From Bdellovibrio sp. (GTDB lineage Bacteria > Bdellovibrionota > Bdellovibrionia > Bdellovibrionales > Bdellovibrionaceae), in NCBI GenBank assembly GCA_036676395.1, contig JAKFCY010000002.1, positions 1,632,001 to 1,696,000 of the forward strand: a DNA stretch of 64,000 nucleotides, in the 5' to 3' direction. The notes below the pieces were generated by a model. It ran no database searches, was not told the DNA's origin, and saw nothing but the letters and a program-made list of their open reading frames with translations. Below, one piece after another: positions 57,382 to 64,000 of this stretch; positions within the stretch are counted from its first letter, which is position 1; every line of letters starts with the position of its first letter. Made by a program: the position numbers and the translations under genes.

Positions 57382-58320
57382 ATGAAAAAGTCTACATTAG
57401 TTAGCGTGCTCGTGACCATGTCATTCATCAGCCAACTGGCTTATGCTCAGACCGACAATTCTAATCTAACCGGAACAACCACCCTTCTCGTGGGGCCCGC
57501 ACCCACTGAAGTTCCCGCTAAGGCGCAAGAGCTTTATACGCCAAGAAATAATGTCTATTACATTAAAATACACCAAGCCGCAGATAAAATTATCTCGATC
57601 GTAAGCAGCTTAAATATGTTCTTATTAGATAATTTAATCGCTCAAAATAATGAAACCATGTCATTACTTGATTTTGAATATCGCGAAAATCCAGAGGTCA
57701 CTGTTGAAGCCTACGAACGCATTCATCATTTTGGCGGCTGGGTAAAAAATAAAAAAAGTGGCGATTGTTTTAATACACGCAATAAAGTCCTCGTTCGCGA
57801 AAACATCGGTGATATTAAATTAAAAGAATCAAATAAATGTTCTGTAGCCGAGGGCGAATGGGTTGATCCATATTCTGGAAACACCATGACTGATGCGCAA
57901 GCTGAAATTCAAATCGATCACATGGTTCCACTTAAAGAAGCGTATATCTCTGGAGCTCACAAATGGACTTTTAAAGAACGTTGCTTGTACGGAAACTACT
58001 TAGGTTACAGAAACCATTTAGTTGCCGTAAGCGGCGAAGAAAATAACGAAAAAAGCGCTAAAACTCCCGAAGACTACATGCCAAGTAATCAAGCTAATCA
58101 CTGCGGCTATTTAAAAGACTGGTTAAAGATCAAATCTTTCTGGGGATTAAGTTTAGTGCCTGAAGAAATGAAAGCTATTCGTAAACTTGTTGATGAAGCA
58201 AATTGTGATAAGTCTGAATTTACCGTGACCCAAAAAGAGCTTGAAGAACAAGAAAAGTTTTTTAAAGCGAATGCGGAATTGTGTCGGGTTTACGAACAAA
58301 ATCAAAACAAAACCCCATAA
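57382..58320 (+). CDS. Secreted HNH / DUF1524-type nuclease
   Basis: Signal peptide; W.DPYSG, IDHMVPLKEA, LVAVS..NNEKS, C.YLKDW..IK..W.L. Confidence 0.8.
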   Translation: MKKSTLVSVLVTMSFISQLAYAQTDNSNLTGTTTLLVGPAPTEVPAKAQELYTPRNNVYYIKIHQAADKIISIVSSLNMFLLDNLIAQNNETMSLLDFEYRENPEVTVEAYERIHHFGGWVKNKKSGDCFNTRNKVLVRENIGDIKLKESNKCSVAEGEWVDPYSGNTMTDAQAEIQIDHMVPLKEAYISGAHKWTFKERCLYGNYLGYRNHLVAVSGEENNEKSAKTPEDYMPSNQANHCGYLKDWLKIKSFWGLSLVPEEMKAIRKLVDEANCDKSEFTVTQKELEEQEKFFKANAELCRVYEQNQNKTP

Positions 58321-58335
58321 TCCAAATCCTTGAAT

Positions 58336-58367
58336 AAAAAAAGCCGCTTAATCAAAGCGGCTTTTTT
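58336..58367. terminator. Bidirectional terminator
   Basis: A7-GCCGCTT-AATCA-AAGCGGC-T6 between convergent genes. Confidence 0.88.
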
Positions 58368-58390
58368 CGTTTAACATCTCAATTTAAAAA

Positions 58391-60322
58391 TTAATTCAAA
58401 TTCTTTTTAAAGAACTCAATCATGTGACCGATTTCTAAAACTTGATTTTCTTTCTTACTTGATCCGTGACCTTCATCAGCAAAAATAATTAATTGTGAAG
58501 CAATATTTTTCTTTTGTAGCGTCTCATGAATTTGAATCGCCTCGCCTGCTGGTACACGCGGGTCATTCGCACCTTGAATGATCATTAATGGGTCGCGCAC
58601 TTGATCCACGTATGTGATCGGTGAAAGTTTGATTAATGATTCTTTATCTTTAACTGGGTCACCGTATTCAGTGATACGCAAAATTCTGCGGTAAGGTGCC
58701 GTGTTATTTAAAAATGAAACTAAATCACTCATACCAACCAGCGCTACCCCTGTGTTGTAAGCACCTGCAAAGCGGCTCATCGCCATTAGTGTTGCATAAC
58801 CACCGTAACTCCAACCCATCACACCAATTTTCGGTGTAACGCCATTACGAGCCCAGTTCTTTTTCATCCACGTGGCAGCATCTTCGATATCTGTAATCAC
58901 AGCTTCACGTTTTGGACCATTATCCATATCGATCCATGTTTTACCGTAACCGTCACTTCCGCGCACGTTTGGTTCAGCAAAGATAAAACCTTCATTCACA
59001 AAAGCTTGGGCCATCGGGCTAAAGCCTGCTTCAGATTGCCCTTCTGGGCCGCCATGAAAATGAACTACGATCGGACAAGTCTTTTCTTTGCAGCCTTTTG
59101 GAAAGCGCACGAACATCGGAATTTTAACACCGTCACGCGTTTCATAATTCATAAGTTCTGCAACTGCGAAAGATTTTAAATCAACTTCAGGAGCAGATGG
59201 CAGTACCCACTGAGTCATTTGTTTTGTGTTCCAGTTATAAGAGTAACTTACACGCGGAGTTTGTGCAGAGATAACACCCACCATAGTTACAGAACTATCA
59301 CGTGTAGTTTTGCCGGCAAATACATGATCGGCATTTTTAAATTTAGGTAACGTGATGGGTTTAAACGTTTTAGCATTCATGGCATACAATTCAGTGTAAC
59401 CATCGCGGTTTACGTTATAAACAATGCGTGTTCTTTTTTCATCAATCGAAAAACCAGAAACATCGAATTTTAAATTTTTATCAGTGAGTGGTTTTAGGTC
59501 TTTTGATTTTGCTGGCGCAAAAAGATATAATTTTTTAAATTCTTCTTTTGGAGTTTGCACAAGGTATTCACCTTTTTTAGCGCCAAATGAAACTTCGAAT
59601 TCACCTTTTTCATCAACACCGATGATAGGCTCAAGTTTTTTAGTCGCCTGATCATAAGTGTAGTATTCAGAAGTTTTAGAACCTGTCGCTTTATAGAATA
59701 ACAATTCTTTGCCATCGTCTTTTTGATCGGCAATACCCCAGTAGCCGCTGCCTTCGTAAACTAAAGTTTTTTCGCCCGAGCTTAAATCCATTTTATAAAT
59801 ATTGTATGAATCAGGCTTGGTGTCGTTAGCTGTAAAATAGATTGTGTTTGAATCTTTAGTGATAAAATCAAAGCGCGTTTGCACTTTAGCTTTACGGTAC
59901 AATTCTGTAATTTGGCCCGTGGCCAAATCTAATTTAAAAATTCCCGGATTTTCTTCGCCATTACTGTCTTTAGAAATAATTAAAAATTTACCGTTGGGTG
60001 CGATTTCACTTAAACTGACCGCATCCGAGCCAGAAGTTAACTGCACCGGAAACTTTTGCGGGCCATCGATTTTCCAAACATGGCTGATACCTGTTACACG
60101 CCATGTGAAAAATAACGTCTTTTTATCAGGTGATAACAACCCCATTCCCGGCGCTGTCACATCAAACATTTTTTTAAGCTTATTCGTCATGACCGGGTTT
60201 AAAGCCGGTGGCGCATATTTTTTTAAAGTTTCTGCACTCACCGAGTCAGAACCATGCCCCTTATACTGAGCCATCACATTCACTGCTAATAACGAAGTAA
60301 TAGCAAAAGACATCCATTTCAT
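58391..60322 (-). CDS. S9 family peptidase (prolyl oligopeptidase / acylaminoacyl peptidase)
   Basis: Signal peptide, beta-propeller, HGGPE, GWSYGG nucleophile, DPRVP, DEGHG. Confidence 0.92.
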   Translation of the reverse strand: MKWMSFAITSLLAVNVMAQYKGHGSDSVSAETLKKYAPPALNPVMTNKLKKMFDVTAPGMGLLSPDKKTLFFTWRVTGISHVWKIDGPQKFPVQLTSGSDAVSLSEIAPNGKFLIISKDSNGEENPGIFKLDLATGQITELYRKAKVQTRFDFITKDSNTIYFTANDTKPDSYNIYKMDLSSGEKTLVYEGSGYWGIADQKDDGKELLFYKATGSKTSEYYTYDQATKKLEPIIGVDEKGEFEVSFGAKKGEYLVQTPKEEFKKLYLFAPAKSKDLKPLTDKNLKFDVSGFSIDEKRTRIVYNVNRDGYTELYAMNAKTFKPITLPKFKNADHVFAGKTTRDSSVTMVGVISAQTPRVSYSYNWNTKQMTQWVLPSAPEVDLKSFAVAELMNYETRDGVKIPMFVRFPKGCKEKTCPIVVHFHGGPEGQSEAGFSPMAQAFVNEGFIFAEPNVRGSDGYGKTWIDMDNGPKREAVITDIEDAATWMKKNWARNGVTPKIGVMGWSYGGYATLMAMSRFAGAYNTGVALVGMSDLVSFLNNTAPYRRILRITEYGDPVKDKESLIKLSPITYVDQVRDPLMIIQGANDPRVPAGEAIQIHETLQKKNIASQLIIFADEGHGSSKKENQVLEIGHMIEFFKKNLN

Positions 60323-60466
60323 AAAAATTCCCTCTTTTTTAATGGTTACCAAGTTATCTTAAAACTTAAGCAGCGGTTGTCATGTAATATTTTTTAGTTT
60401 GTTTAACCTTTTTACCTACCTAGCCAGTCTAAAGTTTCGTCTGGACCCAATGGAGGGGTTTAAATA

Positions 60467-61777
60467 ATGATGAAAAAAAGGAATTTTTTAGGCACCACGA
60501 CGGCGCTACTCTGTTCTACACTGCTAGCTGCAGGTTGCGCCAAAGAGGGGCTCACAGCAGCCGCAGAAGCTAATACAAAGACCACACTCACCGAAAACGT
60601 TATCTATGGCAGCGATGGCCGCCAAGAGGTTTATCAGTCAAGTGAGGCATTAAAGCTATTAGCCGATTCAACGGTGGCTTTAATTAAAAATGCAGATTTA
60701 ACCCAACAAGGTGCAAGTACCTTAGTTGCGGGTGAAATCTTCGCTCAAAGTCATCAATTATGTTCCAGTGAAAAATTTCGTGAACAGAACACCTCTGCTT
60801 TTTGTTCGGGTTCTTTAGTTGGACCTGACACAATTATCACCGCAGGACATTGTATTACCAGTCAATCTGACTGCGTAGGCACAAGTTTTGTCTTTGGTTT
60901 TGCTGTTAAATCTGCCGGAGTATTGCCTACTCAGGTAAGTTCAAATGAAGTGTATCGTTGTCGTGAAATTGTTCATCGTGTTTTACAAAATACGGGCGAA
61001 GATTATGCGGTGATTAAACTTGATCGCGCGGTTACAAATCACGCGGTATTAAAAGTTCGTCGCAGCGGCGAAGCCTCTGTAGGTGATCCCCTATTAGTGA
61101 TCGGCCATCCAGTAGGTTTACCGACAAAAATAACTACGGGTGGAAAAGTTCGTTCGGTAGCGAATGCCGGCTACTTAGTTACTAACTTGGATACTTATGG
61201 TGGTAATTCGGGCTCTGCCGTATTTAATGCGCAAACTTTAGAAATCGAAGGCATCTTAGTTCGCGGCGAGCAAGACTTCGTTTATCAAGGTGGCTGTAAC
61301 GTTTCAAAAGTTTGCAGCGATGATTCATGCCGCGGTGAAGATGTAACGCGTATCTCTGCATTACGTCAGTATATTCCGCAAACGGACGTGCCTACTCCGC
61401 CAACTTCAGGAACTCCTGTCGTGACGAGTGAAACTTTTTCTTCAACACAAGTTGTTGCGATTCTCGATAACAATACTGCGGGCAGCTCAAGTTCAATAAA
61501 AGTAACTTCTGCACCCAGCGGCAGAAAGGTGTTAATCAGTGTTAATCTTACTCATACTTATATTGGTGATCTGGTTGTAAAAGTTGTGGCTAGTGACGGT
61601 AAAACTGTAACCTTACATTCGCGCTCTGGCGGTAGCACAGATAATATCGTTAAAACTTATGATGCGACGGCCGCTTTAGGAAGTGTTGCTTCGGCAGGAA
61701 ATTATAAGTTAGTGGTGCAAGATTTAGCTAAATACGATAGCGGAAGTCTGAAGTCATGGTCTGTGAAATTTCAGTAA
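60467..61777 (+). CDS. Trypsin-like serine protease lipoprotein with C-terminal proprotein-convertase P domain
   Basis: Lipobox AAGC; TAGHC, DYAVIKL, GNSGS; HTYIGDL P-domain motif. Confidence 0.88.
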   Translation: MMKKRNFLGTTTALLCSTLLAAGCAKEGLTAAAEANTKTTLTENVIYGSDGRQEVYQSSEALKLLADSTVALIKNADLTQQGASTLVAGEIFAQSHQLCSSEKFREQNTSAFCSGSLVGPDTIITAGHCITSQSDCVGTSFVFGFAVKSAGVLPTQVSSNEVYRCREIVHRVLQNTGEDYAVIKLDRAVTNHAVLKVRRSGEASVGDPLLVIGHPVGLPTKITTGGKVRSVANAGYLVTNLDTYGGNSGSAVFNAQTLEIEGILVRGEQDFVYQGGCNVSKVCSDDSCRGEDVTRISALRQYIPQTDVPTPPTSGTPVVTSETFSSTQVVAILDNNTAGSSSSIKVTSAPSGRKVLISVNLTHTYIGDLVVKVVASDGKTVTLHSRSGGSTDNIVKTYDATAALGSVASAGNYKLVVQDLAKYDSGSLKSWSVKFQ

Positions 61778-61812
61778 GCCAATTCGCAGCAGATACTTTT
61801 CCTTGGTAGTTC

Positions 61813-61846
61813 AAAAAAGCTCTTCCCTAAACGGAGGAGCTTTTTT
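61813..61846. terminator. Bidirectional terminator
   Basis: A6-GCTCTTCC-CTAAAC-GGAGGAGC-T6. Confidence 0.82.
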
Positions 61847-61872
61847 ATTTTTTTCTCTTTTAAGCCATGATG

Positions 61873-62868
61873 TTAAAAATTAGTGTTTGATCTTTTGCTG
61901 GGTGCGCATGTAACGCAAGAGATATCCTGTTCTTGAAACGGAATTAGCCATGTAAAATCAAAATCACTAAATTTCATATTTTCACCAGATTCAGGTGCTA
62001 ATTTAATAGTTTCAGAAATTTTATTGCTATTAAATAAAACTGACCGTTGAATTTTTTTCTCAAATCGATCTACAGAATCCCTACAAAGAGACCAAGTTCT
62101 AGTCTGCATTGGCATAGCGTATTCATAAGACATTTGAAGATTCACTGATGTAGACAACAACCCTTTTGCATTAAGTAATGGAGATATGGCAGGATCTACT
62201 TTAGAGGATTTGATCTCATGTGCTTTTCCTACAAAAAATAAAACAGAATCACATTCTTTGGTCTGAATAAGATCTACTATACTGTTAGACATGTATTGAT
62301 TTCTGATTACATTAGAAAAATTCTCTTCAAAACTTTTCGGGTGGTCTACAGGCTTTACTTTTAAACCCATTGACAAAGCATAGTTGGTCGTTGATTCGTA
62401 ATAATTAATAAGATCATCCTGAACATTAGCGTGATCTATAGATTCATCCTTACGATATTGTTGTGATATTTTTTTAAGATTTGAAAAAAAACTATTAAGC
62501 CCTTCTGGCCAATTGGGTAATTCTAAGGCTACACAGACATTTGGACCGTTAATTGCTTTGACCATTCTTATTAGCGTAGAACGAGCTTTAAAATCAGTAT
62601 ATAAATGAATTTCTCCAGCAACAATGACATTCGATTTTGAAATTGCGGTAATAAATTCTTGATTTGCTTCTGGCTGTGGGTTTTCACTTAATACTTCATT
62701 TAACTTCTTTTCACCCAGAGAACAAATAGAGTGCTCTTCATTTGGATTTTTTTGATTAAGAAGACTTTTCCAATCAGTATTAAAACTACCGGCATCGTTA
62801 GCTATCGCGGATGAATGATAAACTAATGTTGATATGAGCAGACTTAAAATGAAGTATGATTCTTTCAC
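61873..62868 (-). CDS. Secreted protein, EreA/ChaN/Tiki-like fold candidate
   Basis: GTG start after GAGGTG SD; GEIH, VALE, RNQYMS, VGKAH motif order. Confidence 0.5.
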   Translation of the reverse strand: MKESYFILSLLISTLVYHSSAIANDAGSFNTDWKSLLNQKNPNEEHSICSLGEKKLNEVLSENPQPEANQEFITAISKSNVIVAGEIHLYTDFKARSTLIRMVKAINGPNVCVALELPNWPEGLNSFFSNLKKISQQYRKDESIDHANVQDDLINYYESTTNYALSMGLKVKPVDHPKSFEENFSNVIRNQYMSNSIVDLIQTKECDSVLFFVGKAHEIKSSKVDPAISPLLNAKGLLSTSVNLQMSYEYAMPMQTRTWSLCRDSVDRFEKKIQRSVLFNSNKISETIKLAPESGENMKFSDFDFTWLIPFQEQDISCVTCAPSKRSNTNF

Positions 62869-63020
62869 CGCATACACCTCTTTCAAGAAAAGATGCAAAC
62901 AGTGCCAATGTCTCAAAACGAGATAATTTTAGGTGGCCGAGAATATATCGCATATTGAACTGCAATCAAACTCACAAGTGTATGACAAAAAAAGGAATCT
63001 TATTCGTTCAAATTATCGAT

Positions 63021-63947
63021 TTACTTAGCGAAAGCTTCTTCGATCCAGCCGCCATCAAGGCGCATGCTTTTTTCGTCTCGCTTGATTTCAAAAACGGTTC
63101 TATACTCTGGATTATAACCAATACTTTTTTGCTCGACATCTAATTCGGCTAAAAGTCTTTCGAAGTTCTTTTTTTCCTGTTCGAATTCTACCGGCTGGTT
63201 GCTGTTAAATGCATGTTCAGTGTTGTCACAGAATTTTTTCAAGCGCTCATCGGCTGCAATATCTGGTTTAAGAGCTACGGCTTTATTTAAATTAAAATAT
63301 AAATAACTGCGATCGGCGATCGCCTCAAAATCAGATTTATGCGCATTCATTGCGGCAAACGCTGCGACGACTTTTCCATAAAATGCCGCTTTTTGAGTAA
63401 AACTTTCTTCAGTCTGGCCTGCGGCCGCGGCAGCATTTACTTCAGAAATTAAATCCTGAAATTGCGGAATACGTAAAATGTAACGAAACAATGGTTTAAG
63501 CGCTTGTGCACGAGGATCTGCCGTCGCTTCATCTAACGACAATTGAAACGCTCTGTTGGTTTCTTGATCTGTCATTGCGCCGATTTTGGCGTTTTTTAAT
63601 GAACTACAAAAATTACTTAAGGGCTTATTTGGATTAATTAAATCATCAAGCCCAGCACGCGAATTTAAACTTTGAGTTTGTGTGACTGTCGTTGTCGCTG
63701 AAGTTGGTTTTGCCGTCGGGTTTAAAACCGGAGGTGGTTCTGGAATCAATTGCGTCGTATGAACTGTGTCATTCACCATGGCCAGGTTTTGCCGTTGGCC
63801 AGGATTTAAAATTGCTGATGATAATTTATTCGCTGACGGCAAATGATAAACAATAAATGCAGTAAACCCTGCGACGGCGATAAAAACCACTGCCGCAAAG
63901 ACCAATAGCACTTTAAAAATCAGTTTCGCCTTACTTCTTGTTTCCAC
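63021..63947 (-). CDS. Membrane-anchored hypothetical protein
   Basis: N-terminal TM helix, P/T-rich linker, helical domain. Confidence 0.7.
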   Translation of the reverse strand: METRSKAKLIFKVLLVFAAVVFIAVAGFTAFIVYHLPSANKLSSAILNPGQRQNLAMVNDTVHTTQLIPEPPPVLNPTAKPTSATTTVTQTQSLNSRAGLDDLINPNKPLSNFCSSLKNAKIGAMTDQETNRAFQLSLDEATADPRAQALKPLFRYILRIPQFQDLISEVNAAAAAGQTEESFTQKAAFYGKVVAAFAAMNAHKSDFEAIADRSYLYFNLNKAVALKPDIAADERLKKFCDNTEHAFNSNQPVEFEQEKKNFERLLAELDVEQKSIGYNPEYRTVFEIKRDEKSMRLDGGWIEEAFAK

Positions 63948-63999
63948 TTTTTTGCATCAACGAAGATAAGTTACCGAAATTATTCGTCGCAAAGCCAGT
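63931..63999 (-). CDS. 3' end of a gene continuing beyond the window
   Basis: Open frame TGFATNNFGNLSSLMQKSGNKK* overlapping the next start. Confidence 0.35.
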   Translation of the reverse strand, partial: TGFATNNFGNLSSLMQKSGNKK

Positions 64000-64000
64000 T

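Noticed and set aside
1031..60269. Many antisense or shadow ORFs in the track (e.g. 12005-12484, 27477-27914, 38312-38740, 43020-43361, 53301-53915, 59844-60269)
   Set aside because: They lie opposite well-supported genes and show no motifs or translation signals; typical antisense artefacts.
62894..62908. TGGCAC-TGT-TTGCA as a sigma54 promoter
   Set aside because: GG-to-GC spacing is 8, not the required 10.
1..64000. CRISPR array, tRNA/rRNA, integron attC array, prophage or intact transposase
   Set aside because: No regularly spaced repeats, RNA-gene signatures, or phage/integrase genes were seen by eye.

Overview
AT-rich, very compact bacterial chromosome segment. Gene content (IcmF, TIGR04552-like protein, FQNC-type lipoprotein leader, many secreted hydrolases, sigma28 and sigma54 motifs) suggests a Bdellovibrionota predator; this is an inference. 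About 55 CDS: feoAB, two PTPS paralogues, psd, hbd-crt-icmF, plsC, lspA, fadI/fadJ-type beta-oxidation genes, maeB-hflX, cheY-cheX, cca/queG, hutG-ltaE, bcp, fadD, HiPIP/selO, TetR-TolC-RND, and a nuclease plus two proteases. No rRNA, tRNA or CRISPR array was seen. Most notable observations: (1) a GNAT gene with its own putative promoter, enclosed by 40-bp inverted repeats (39/40 identical), resembling a non-autonomous cargo cassette (46585-47330); (2) a 206-bp same-strand overlap reading as an acidic lipoprotein tail in one frame and a histone-H1-like basic N-terminal extension of Bcp in the other, with atypical codon bias in both frames (43104-43309); (3) two tandem copies of a sigma54 promoter + upstream palindrome + leader-peptide module, one truncated and one frameshifted (32133-34390); (4) repeated '-10 box + 6 nt + start codon' leaderless architecture allowing head-to-head and overlapping divergent genes; (5) a head-to-head QueD (CxxxHGH) / PTPS-III (ExxHGH) pair; (6) a scrambled IS3-family relic. 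All calls come from reading motifs by eye; no searches were run.
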